A stretch of 64,000 nucleotides of DNA from Azolla caroliniana (Eukaryota > Plantae > Polypodiophyta): assembly GCA_043228905.1 (NCBI GenBank), contig JBHGNT010000010.1:21576001-21640000 (forward strand). Reading direction: 5' to 3'. Numbering within the stretch: the first letter of the stretch is position 1; each line of letters opens with the position of its first letter. Below, piece after piece: positions 24,616 to 36,184 of this stretch. Made by a program: the position numbers and the translations under genes. The notes beneath the pieces are model-generated. The model ran no database searches. It was given only the letters and a program-made list of their open reading frames with translations, and was not told the DNA's origin.

Positions 24616-26989
24616 TTAACCAGACCTTCTCAATATCTCAAAATTGGTAGTCATTTTGTCTGCCAATCTAATGCTCAGAGCCCCGAAGGTGAACAAGTGT
24701 ATGACCGAAGCCTCGAAAGCAATGATTATTCCACTGCCCAATATATTACTCGAAGCCTTGAACCTGAGCATACGAGTGGCGACCACATCCAACCCTGTGC
24801 ATCCTCCATGATTGCAAGAAAACAAAGCTCCAGATATGAGAATATGGATCTCAGCCACCTAAAAACCTGCAACCTCTCCAGAACAACCTTAAAAGACAAA
24901 GAAATTAGGGCTAAAAAGACTAAAGTAAAGATATCTATGATGCAACTAAGGACGAGGTGCTTGAAAAGTTGACATGTCACTTCGTAACAGAGATGGAGTC
25001 CGACATATCCATCTTTGCAGCCATTATCGAAGGAGACAACTACCACACGGCTCCAATTCTCACCTTCAAGCAAGCATTAAAAAGTAAAGAAAAAGAGAAT
25101 TGGGTTGTGGCAATTAAATCTGAATTCTCAACACTCCAAAAGAATCACACATGGACATTAGTACCGCGGCCTTGTCACTCCAATGTCATCACTTGTAAGT
25201 GGTTTTTTACGAAGAAATATGATGCCCTAGGTACTCCCGTGAGGTTCAAAGCGAGATTAGTTGCTCGAGGATTCTCAGAAATACCAAGTATGGACTACCA
25301 TGAAACTTTTTCACCCACTCTAAAGATTGCTGCACTTCGATTGATTCTTGCCATTACGGCATATTTAAATCTTGAACTTCATCATGTTGATGTTGAAACA
25401 ACTTTTTTACATGGTGATTTAGAAGAAGATATATATCTGGAACAACCCCAAATGTTAGATAATAATATAGACCCTAATTATGTGTGTAAACTTAACAAAC
25501 CTTTATATGGCCTAAAAAAATCCCCTAGACAATGGTATGCCAAGTTTCATAGGTTCCTCTTATCAATCAAATTTCAACAACTTCAATCGGAACCTAATCT
25601 ATATATAAGGAAAACAAAAACTGAATTCTTACTCTTGGGAGTCTATGTGGATGATTTACCTATTGCTGGGACATCGGAAGACTTGGTAGTGGAATTTATT
25701 GCAGAGTTACGACAACAATTCCCTATCAAACATCTTGGGCCATTAGAACATTTTCTTGGGATTCATGTAAAAAGGAATCGAACTCTAGGTACACTCTCCC
25801 TATCACAAGAAAACTTTGTTGATAATATACTAACCAAGTTTGATATGTTTGAGTGTTCTCCAATCTCCACTCCCCTCACAGTACCATGCAAATTATCATC
25901 CGAAGATTCACCACATACAACTGAAGAAACTTACTTTATGAAGAATATCTAGTATCGCCAAGTGTTGGGGAGCATTTGATACCTCGTCAGCTGCACTCGA
26001 CCCGACTTATCTTTTGCCACTGGATACCTATCAAGATTCATGGAGAATCCAGGAGTTAACCATTGGAAAGCACTTAAAAGAGTATTACGGTATTTGAAGT
26101 ACACAAGGGATATGACACTTTCTTACACATCATACTCTAAAGCCCAACATTCAAATATCCAAGGTTGGCTATCAACACCACTACATGGTTGGACGGATGC
26201 AAATTGGGGGGGGGGGGGACAAGGATACCTCTCGATCCACCTCTGGCTATGTATTCCTATTTGCAAGTGGTGCCATTTCATGGTGAACAAAGAAACACGC
26301 TACCGTCGCCCTCTCTTCCACTGAAGCAAAATACATAGCAACTACTCTCACTACTAAGGAAAGATTATGGTTGAAGTCCATCATTGATGAACTTGCCATC
26401 CTCAAAATTTCTGAATTCAAGTTATGGTGTGACAACCAATCCTAAACCCCAACTTCATAGAGCAAAACAAGCATATCCGCGCACGGCATCACTTCATCTC
26501 AGAACTTCTTGAAGAATCTAACCTCTCTATTGGGCATACTTCAACACAAGCTATGTGGGCTGATTTTCTTACCAAGCCAATAGCCAACGCAAAACATTGG
26601 AGTTGTTGCCACCATATTGGATTAAGTATTCATCCAAATAGATGAGTTAGTGGTGTCACAGCTAAGGGGGGGTGTTAAGATTACCTGTTTACACCACAAA
26701 TGATAAAACATGAGTTATGAGAATAAAGACAAAATATGAGTTACAAAGAACAATAAGAAAAAGACAAAACAATAGTTCCAAAGAAGTAACGGCTAGTTGT
26801 TACTTCGTTGTATATATATATGTATGAAGTATTGTTTAGTTATGTGTGTGATACTACATCTAGAGTTGTTACTGTAGGTTCTTACATTGTAATACACCTG
26901 TCTTAATATAATATCTTCTACATTCTTCGAAAACTCTCTCTCGTTCTCTGTTGTCAATCCAACCCATTATGTTCTAAACTTTTCTTACA
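24616..26989 (+). mobile_element. 3' half of a second Ty1/copia element (RT, RNase H, PPT, 3' LTR 26673-26989)
   Basis: ORF 24957-25952 (FKARLVARGF, YVDDL); RNase H GWTDANWG; PPT AAGGGGGGG then TGTTAAGA...TCTTACA. Confidence 0.88.
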
Positions 26990-29900
26990 AGTTGAATCGG
27001 TTCCGGCTCTTCCACTGGCTCATGCTCTTTCTCCGCTTGTGATTGTTCGGTCTCGTACGCTTCTAACTCTAGTGTGTAGTCGATTTGATCCTCGCCGAAC
27101 TGGTCCAAAACCTGCATTATTTCAACGGAGTGGCGTTCAGCCAATGCCTTGTAGTCATTTGCTAGGTCTTCCCGGATAGCGTTAATGCTTTACTCGTCGA
27201 GCTTGTAGAACCTTCGGCCATACTTCCTTCTGTTGTCCTAGTCCGCCCGAAAAATCTGAAGTTTGGTTGCTTGTGTGGACCAATCCTCCCATCCTCATTG
27301 CATTTTGTCGGAGATCATTTGTATGGCTGAGTCCTGTCAAGTGGAAATCAACATCTGAATCCGTTTAGTGTACATCTCCGTTTTCACGGGCATTTCTTGA
27401 AACGCATCAGGACTCGAGTTGTTTAATCTTACTTGCAACGCGTCCTGATTGAATGTTGTAATGGTCTTGGATTAGACTCATGTTCGTCTGCAAGATTCTT
27501 AATTCTTTGTCATGCAATTCTTCTATGGTGGCCATTTCTTGGTGCATTCAGAGCCTGATTTTCCTCCGCCAATTTTCGTCCGGTCGTCATATGCTCCTCA
27601 TACAACTCCTTTTGCTTCGCGTTGGCTTCCCTCTAGTGCTGGAGTTCAGACCGGAGCTGCTCGATCTTTGTCTAGGCATTTGCGGTTGCTTTCTTCGCCT
27701 TCGTTGTTACTGCCTGTTTCACCTCAACCTCTTCGCGTAGTGCCTAGATTTCGGTTGTGGTCTGTGATGGTAACCGTTTTGGCTTCATGCAGCAACTGCT
27801 GCTCTAATTGGACAATTAAGTTTTATGCGTCCTACAGTTGTTGTTTGGTATCTTTTCCCATTCATCGCGCTTGCTTGTTTCTGTAGGCCATCTCTTTCGC
27901 TCCTAACCGCACCCAAGCCAACTCTTGGTGAACTTCGACCAGGGCCATGTTCAAGGCGGGCAACTTGATTGCCATGTGCCCTCCGTCAACGTATAGTTTG
28001 CGGCCGATCTGGTGTAGGGCCTCTTCCAACTCCGGCTGATTAAGCCAGCTATAGCTCGTTAGATTAGCTACCGCTCCAAGTGCTCTTCGGCCATGCGTTG
28101 GGCTGCTGCAACCTGTTGGGTGGCAAGGAATTCCACCAGTTCAAAAGTCATGTTGAATTGGATGATGGCGACGAACTCGTGGGCGACCACCGAGATTTTG
28201 CGATAAGCGAGGACCTCGCTCTCTTGTATTAAGGACCCTTGGCCCCGCTATAGATTCCTGGTTAGTGTCGTTGCTTCTGCCAACTCCGGAACGACTCTTG
28301 TCAACTTGATAGCAACCGGGGCCTCCTTGGCCGGGTTAGTCACAACGTCTTTCGCTAACCCTTGGCATTTTTCCGTCCAATGAGCGACATTTTGGTACTC
28401 ATGATTCTCCCAAAAATGAATGAGAAATTTCCAAAATGAAGGATGTACCCTATAAACAAATCCTTGGGTGTATAAGATATCTAGTAAGTTGCACACGTCC
28501 CGATATTTGCTTTGCCGCTGGTTTTCTTTCTCGTTTCATGGCTAATCCAGGACCAAAGCATTGGATCGCGCTCAAAAGATTACTACGCTACTTGAAGCAT
28601 ACTCAACATTATGTGTTGACTTACTCTGCCACACAATCTGAGTCAACCACACTTGTGCAAGGATGGACAAATCCCTCTAGCCTACTAATTGGTTGGTCAG
28701 ACTCGGATTGGGGCGGAGATGTGGACGATCGCAAGTCAACAGGTGGATATGTTTACACACTAGCTGGCGCTGCAATTTCGTGGAAGTGAAAGAAACAAAC
28801 TACCGTAGCGTTGTCATCCACCGAAGCTGAATATATTGCCGCGGCTTTAGCGGCTAAGGAAGGCATATGGATTAAAGCTATGCTCGACAAATTTAAACTA
28901 TTTACTATTCCAACAGTGACTTTGTTTTGCGATAATCAATCTTGCATCAAGTTAGCCAACAATCCGAAGATGAGCGACAATATACGTCATGTGGACTTAA
29001 AACATCATTTTCTTTGCGATCTCATTGAAACAAAGAAGATGGAGTTAAAGTTTGCTCCCACTCATCAAATGTGGGCTGATTTTCTAATGAAACCTCTTCA
29101 ACATTCAAAGCACATTATTTGTTGCAAGCAAGTTGGATTAATTGATGTAATCGAAGATAAAGATGAAAACCTACAATTCTAGAAATTTTCGCTTAGGGGG
29201 GAGTGTGGAAAATATTAAGCAAAAAAATTAATATATTAATATATATAAATAGTTAGTACTTCTTATGAATACGGTTTCCTTCATGAGAAGGAAACCGTAA
29301 GTGTATTGGTGGTGGTCTATATAAAGCCACCACCAACGTTGTAACTATTAGGGTGTTTTAATATAATAAATGATTTACTGTTTCCCTCATCTCTTTCTTC
29401 TCTCTTTCTCTTCTTTCCCAACAAATTGTACTTGTCGAACCGGGGGTGTGGGGTTGGTTTTCGTCTTCGGCGGGCCTAAGGGTGCTGCTTGTTGCAACCG
29501 TTCGCTCTCCTCATCTTGCCACTCCGTTCTATAGAGACCACCAAGTTGAATCTTTCGGTCGGGGTCTAGCAGTTGAGATGGTGACGGACAAGCCGTTGTT
29601 AGAGCAGGGAGTGCCGTTGTCGGCAGAAACAATACTGTCAAGTATTGTGCAACGATGGGAAACAATTTCTTCTCGGCCTGCAGGGTGAGGAGTCCGGCGC
29701 CTAAGGTCGTGCCTGTGACGAAGCCCCAATCGATTGGGTTGCCTTCATACATCGCAATGATCACTCATGCCTTGTCCTTCGGCATCCCATAAGATTGGGA
29801 TGCTTGCAAGCAACCTCCAATAGAAGTTTCGCGATATCCCGGAAGATGTTCGGAGCCTTCTATGTTTTGTACGCCTTTGTGCAAGCAGAATACTACCCAA

Positions 29901-30121
29901 AATACTTCTCCAACGCTACGGTCGGAGGAATATCGAAACATCGATCTCTGAGTGGACTCAAGCCCACCTTTTTTTATTGTGGCGTTGGTGATAGTATCGA
30001 CATTTATTGTGGCGTTGTCCTGGGTGTTGGGGTGCGGCAGTGCCTCGACGACGCTGGTATAACCTCCCAACCCGTGGTCGTGGAGCCACAGTCGTAAAGT
30101 AGGGGGGATGTTGATTGCCAT
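26990..30121 (-). pseudogene. Long decayed ORF of unknown function (probable TE accessory gene), split by the copia fragment at 28436-29390
   Basis: Protein-like frames 29765-30121, 29387-29764 (IAMYEGNPIDWG) and 28248-28435, continuing as charged helical sequence to ~26990 with scattered stops. Confidence 0.5.
28436..29390 (+). mobile_element. 3' fragment of a third Ty1/copia element (RNase H, PPT, 187-bp LTR 29204-29390)
   Basis: PYKQILG...TRPDI, WSDSDWGG, SSTEAEY, ADFLMKP; PPT TAGGGGGGAG; TGTGGAAAA...TTTTCCCTCA. Confidence 0.88.
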
Positions 30122-31056
30122 TACAACAAGAGGGTAGAGATCTGCAGAAGGGTGATCTATGTGTAGAGGCCGAGGAGAGAATGGAGGGGGGGAGCGAGGG
30201 GGTCTTCTATTCTGAGCTCTACGTTCATCTGTGCATGAAATGCTGGGTAAAATGCTCAGACCTTCTTTTTGTGTGGTTTAGTGAGGGACATCAACTTCCA
30301 AGATTCCTCGAGCCATGACACCATGTGTGTGAATAATAAGGTACTTTCTTTCTTGGGTTGCGTGCCTACATGCAAAAGGTCTTTAAATAGTTTTGAATAC
30401 CTCTCTTTTTTCTCTTTTTGTTTTCACTTTAGAAAGGTAAAATACAATCATGTTTACAATAACGGTACATTAAAGAATCCCTCTATTTATAGGGAGTGGG
30501 GTCCATCACGCAAGGTTGGTTTGGTAGGGAGATGCTTGGTGGTTAGTTTTTTCGTAAACGGGTTTGGTGGTGTGGGACCCAAGTATGGTTTGAGCCGAAA
30601 TCTGTTGTCACAAGTGGAAGGATTGCACATAAATGGAAGGATAAGAAATATTTTGATTGATTTTAGTACTTTTTCAATAATTTTACAAAACACATTGATA
30701 CCAGTATCATACATTCTCAAATATACTATGAAAAAGAGGAATTTCAAAAAGTTACATTCTCAATTTATATCACAAACTTTACAACCAATGTTATTTTATA
30801 AGAAATGATTTTCATAGAAATCATAAGAAATCAAAACACATGCTTTTATATTACTCAATTTGTTACAATCGAAATGTAGTTACACTTAATAACAAAAAAT
30901 ACATTCATGATCACTCCTTTACGGAGAATTACTACTATAACTAATATTCAATGACAATTCCTCCTCATCATCCTCGGATGTACCAATCAATGCATTATCT
31001 TCATCATAAACCAAATGGTTTGACTCTAGATTATATGTAGCAGATCTCGTTTGCCT

Positions 31057-33703
31057 TCAACTCGAGCCACCTTGTAGACTTGGTAATTTTTCTTTTATTA
31101 TATCTATTGTTGACTTCCTTAATCGGCCAGCCTTTGTAAGTGTGAAGTCGTACACAATGATATCCACATAAGAGATATCAAGGGTTGAGGTGTTACAAAT
31201 ATTTCGCTTCCTCTTCCTACCTCCCCTTGTTGTTGGGCATTCAATCATCTCCAATGTATACTTACCCGTAAAAGCATTTGCACTTCTAGTGTTGTACCAA
31301 TGAACTTTTATAGACTTGATCGTCTTTTCTATTTCATGCATTAGCATTTCTAAAATTTTACCAACCCAAAATTGGTGGCCATGTGAGTTCTCATCAGCAG
31401 GCATTGCAATCAACATCCCCGTCGCGAGCTCTTGCAAATTGCATTGCCATCTAGCTTCGGCTGCTTTGGTCATCCTTGGTCCCACATAAATGTCTCTTTG
31501 TTGTGGATGGACCAAATTGTCATTAATCGCATTTGTTGGTTGCTCCGGAGTTTTATTTACACGATCATGTTGTAGCGACCATGTGACTGGCGTTTCCAAG
31601 TTCCAATTGTCACCAAATACACAATTGTCTATAATTCCTTTCTGATCACTAAAAAATACATCCCACCATGACGTGTCTTGTTGTGCGGCATATTTCTTTG
31701 CAACCTCAATATTCTTTCTTTTTTCTTCTAAGGCTTGGAGCCATAATTGTTTTTGTTCCAATACCAAGTCACTATGCAACTGTCCTTTCTTCTCAATTGG
31801 CATTTGTTTAGCTCCATGGACAATTGTACTCGGCATACAAAGTAAGAATTAGCAACCACCTTTACGTTCCCATTTTATAGAAGATGAATATTGTTTGGCA
31901 TACTAAAGTGTAGAACCACTTATTTCATTTTTCTTTATCATAAAAATATGATTGAAGCTTATATTGTTTAACTGGGCGAGCACTTTAACATTCCCAACAA
32001 CCCCATCTGATATATATCTCTTAACGTCATATACCTCTTTCAAGTGTAACACTTTTGGGCGTGGTGTATATGCATCACAAATGACATCAAATAGTTTTGG
32101 TAATGTGAAAGCATCATGCCGAGACAACTATCTGGAGAATGTGATAAACATCTGATCTATATGATCATGTGTGTGGCCAACCAAAAGAAAATTGGCTTTC
32201 ACTTTTCTAAAATATCCTTGGTTGACCAACATACTTAGATAGTCAAACACAGTTGAATTTTTGTTCTCTCTAGTAGTATTGTCCAATTGAATGTATAGAA
32301 CAAGGGGGAACGGTTGGCCCCAAGACATCAAAACTCAGTGAATCATTGTAACTGTTAGGTTAGGGTCATTGTGAACATTGGGGTATGTAATGAAGACGTG
32401 AGGTCCAACAAACCTATTATATGCCAAGCATCCCGCCAAGTGCATTTGAACAAGGCACTCATCATTGATGTCTTTGGGGAGCCTTCGCATATGCGGCAAG
32501 CACGTCTTCTTCTGGTCCATGCCATCTATCATTAAGCACATGTATTGTTCGGGCCTCTCCAAACACTTCTCTCTATGATGCATCTCCTTCTTTCATTCTA
32601 ACGATTGTGCTTCACGATACTCTTGTAGTAACTTCTTACTCATATCCTTTTCCATTGATGTCTTTGCACCTTTAGCCAAACTTTTAATATTTGCACAAAT
32701 GGAGCAATACCCCATGCGTACTTTACGCAAAATGATAACATTTGAAAACCAAGCTCTCCATAATCTTGTGAATTGGCTATATGTGATAGATTTATTACTT
32801 GAGCCCACCATATCTATTCGATAGACATCATAAACTTCCCGATGTGTGTAATTATCAGAGAGGTGCATCCTACCTGTAGTGGGCATTACTTCACAATTTA
32901 ACTGAAAGTAACTTTTCATCCAACCAATAGCATGTCTTCCAATTGCACCTTTCATACTTGGAACCTCTTTACAATTGAGCATCTGATCCCCGCTAAGTAG
33001 ACGTTGTTGTACTCTATGTAGTCGCATGTTACTAACACATTGCACAATTTTGAAGGCCACTCTACAGATCTGTTGCGCATGGAAGATATAATACTAGAAT
33101 GATACTTTGATCCCCGTACATTTGTCAGACACTAGTTGCATATGAGAGTCGAGGTAAGTGTCTTGCTCATCACCAGTCATCAGAAAATAGTATCGTCTTA
33201 ATTCTCGCAACTTTGATTTTCCAATCATAGACATACAACCACGGGCACAATATGTTTTGTTGCCATCAAATCCAATCAACTTAGCTGATGTCACCAAGTT
33301 AAATCTAGCCAGACGAATTCTACGTGGGATTCTTCTAGTATGCATAGGGCTTCTAGATTTCTCTTCCTGCATAGAAGTTGGGGTAACCTTGTTACAATCC
33401 AATTCTTTGTTGTCACCATCGCCCATGATCTTTGATGTTTCATTGGCACTACCTTCATTCTCCGTATCTTTATTAATATCGTATTCTTCAATAGAGAACT
33501 CTTCACATGTGTCATTATTCACGTGTTTTAGGTGAAGATGACCTCAGACAATACTCTTCGATAGAAATGGGTGAGTCTGTCGACAGACAATATTCTTTGA
33601 TAGAAAATGGTGAGTCTGTCGACAGACAATACTCTTCGATAAAAAATGAAGAGTCTGATGACAAACAATATTCTTCAATCAAGAACGGTGAGTCTTCATT
33701 CAT
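31057..33703 (-). pseudogene. DDD transposase, Sola1-like
   Basis: Motifs IDGMDQKK, YIQLDNTTRENKN, FLLVGHTHDHIDQMF and CxxC (CSICAN) in consecutive ORFs separated by stops. Confidence 0.78.
33530..33700 (-). repeat. 39-bp coding tandem repeat (about 4.5 copies) at the transposase N-terminus
   Basis: Unit GTGAGTCTGTCGACAGACAATACTCTTCGATAGAAAATG; translates to (EEYCLSTDSPFSI)n. Confidence 0.9.
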
Positions 33704-34179
33704 GGCTTAAGGTCCACACAGAGCTCTTCAAGTTATGTGCTTGGGCTAATATAAAAAATGATAAGCTCCTCTCTAAACATAAGCTCCCTCAATATAATGT
33801 CTATATTATTTAATATTATAATAATACAATAAAGAAAGATATTTTTTTAATATAATAATTTTATTCAACATATTAATAACTACTAAAACTAGTTAATATA
33901 AAGTCCATAAATTATATTTTATACCTTATTAATCCTATAGTATATAATTTAAATTTAATTTAATTTATCCATCAAGTATAATATTATTAAATATATGGAG
34001 GCAAAAATATGTAAGTTTAATCCCAATCATTAGGGCAATAATATTCTTCACGTGTAGGCCTACTTGGTACTCCTAAACATTAAGTATATAGTATACATAT
34101 ATTACATACATTAAATTTCTATATACATATTGTATATATTTACAATCATTACAAAGTCATATATATGTTGGTTTAAATT

Positions 34180-34605
34180 TAAAATCATTGGTTCATTTAT
34201 GGCGCCTATATTTAATATAGAACTTCTCAATCATTGGTTCATTCATGGCCACCATCTTTAATACAAAACATTAGAGAGTCATAAAAATGTTGTTGTGAGT
34301 ATTCAATCATTGGTTCATTCATGAACTTCATATTTAATAATGCACATTAGAGAGTCATAAATATTTTGGTTAGACTATTCAATAATTGTTTTATTCATGA
34401 CCTTCAAAGGCAATCAAAAATATAAAATAATCATTAATATGTTAGTTTGAGTATTTAATCATTGATTCATTCATAAACATCATTTAATTAAAACCCATTA
34501 GAGAGTCATAATTATATTGGTTTCAATATCCAATCATTGGTACATTCAAGATTATGTACTAAATAAAGTGTACTAAGGTCTAAGAAAAAAGTGTACTAAG
34601 GTCAA
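34180..34605. repeat. Degenerate ~75-bp tandem repeats with core AATCATTGGTTCATTCATG, then GTGTACTAAGGTC repeats
   Basis: Six core copies between ~34182 and ~34550; CATTAGAGAGTCATAA recurs three times. Confidence 0.8.
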
Positions 34606-34689
34606 AGAAACTCTCTCTTAGGTCTAACTAACTAACCTCAAGCTTACCAACCATGGTTAAAGTAACCGTGGTTAAAGCAGTGGTCAATT

Positions 34690-34856
34690 CCTATAAATAG
34701 GAAGACCCCCCCTCATTTTGCGATCACTCACACACAGAACAGAGCACACAGCACACAGAGCCCAAAGCACGCAACACCAATTGTCATCTCCTTGTTAGGA
34801 TCTACCACGACAATCATGTCTTCTAAGAAGAGCGAGCACCAAGATACCAGGTAAGC
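34690..34856 (+). promoter_or_regulatory. TATA box, leader, short first exon (MSSKKSEHQDT) and GTAAG donor of an unidentified gene
   Basis: CTATAAATAG at 34691-34700, CA-rich leader, ATG at ~34816, CAG/GTAAG at 34848-34855. Confidence 0.4.
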
Positions 34857-36184
34857 ACCTAGTTGTATAGACACTTCTTTTTTAAATATGTTTTTCAATC
34901 ACTATAACTCGATACAAGGTATCAAGTTCCTTTCAAGAGGTTTCTATTATCATGAGGAACTTGATACGGCGTAATCGTGAAGATCTGTTACTACGCGCGG
35001 ATCATGAGGTGGAACTGCCGGGGTTCTGGACCAAAAGGATTTGAAGTTTGCACAACCTTTAGCGAGAAAGTATTTAAGATAATTTGAGAGAGAGAGATTG
35101 AGATTAAACGCTTGACTTTAGATTGAGAAAGATTGATATGGCGAAAAGAGAGATTAAGATTGAGCAATTGACTTTAGATTTAAAAAACAAGTTACACGAT
35201 CAATTCGATAACGAATTTTCTTCTCTTAATTTCATATAATAAAAAAGTACCTAACCCTTCTTCTTTTTCCATCTCCTCTATTATAGATGCCCTCATGCAT
35301 TTGAGGGTACAAGACATGCATAAAATGCATGTTTGCGATTTGGCACTCATGTATTACATGTGGTGCATGATAATCATGTCACTCATTTTAGCTCTCATGT
35401 TTGAGAATTTACATATAAAGTTACAATGATAGAAATATAATTTCAAGAAAATGTGTTGGCTTAGTAATAAGCTTATAGACTCTCAACTTGGAGGTGCAAG
35501 GTTCAAATCCACACGTGCACTCCTTGTGTATATATATATGTGTATTATATTTATTTAATTATATATCTATCCGGTCGCCGGATGTCGGATGTCGTCGGTT
35601 CGCCGGATTCGATTTGATTACCGACCGGTTCCGATTTGATTGCCGACCGATTCTGGTTCCGGTTTGCTCTCCGACCGGTCGCGGATTGCTTACAGGCCGG
35701 TCCCAGTTTGCTTACTGGCCGGTTCCAGTTTGCTCTCCGACTCGGTTCCGGTTTACTTTCCGACTAGTTCCAGTTTACTTTCCGACCGGTTCCATTTTTT
35801 TGCTAGTTGGTTTTTGGGAATTTGGCCACATTCATCCATCTAGACAAAGTGGCCAAAAGTGCTCTTAGCACAAATGAAGAATAAGGGATCTCAATGTGCT
35901 TATATAGCCAAGGCCTTAACTTTCCTATCTATGTGGGATATTTCACAGTTTTATTTTTTTCTCTTTTTCTTTTGCAAAACTTCATACCCACATAAGTTGA
36001 CACTTAGATGTCTGTTTCTTATGTAGTAAAGTGCATCTGAAAACTCTTCAAGACCTCCATCTTTTTGTAGTTTTATGTGATTTTCACACCATTGCTGAAA
36101 ATCTTCACGACATCCACCCCCACCAAACCGCACGTCCTCTGGTATGTGCCAAGAAGAGAGAGTGTGAGATTTCGACTATGGTGA

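Larger units (their letters stand above)
30490..34610 (-). mobile_element. Sola1-like DNA transposon, copy 1 (termini not established)
   Basis: Transposase pseudogene plus AT-rich repeat-containing upstream region; second copy at the window start. Boundaries approximate. Confidence 0.55.

Noticed and set aside
30480-30560. G-rich AGGGAGTGGGGTCCATCACG as the Sola terminal inverted repeat
   Set aside because: No matching inverted copy was found in the window; the terminus is unproven.
30269-30808. 179-aa ORF as a host gene
   Set aside because: Spans an element boundary and AT-rich UTR; composition is not protein-like and there are no motifs.
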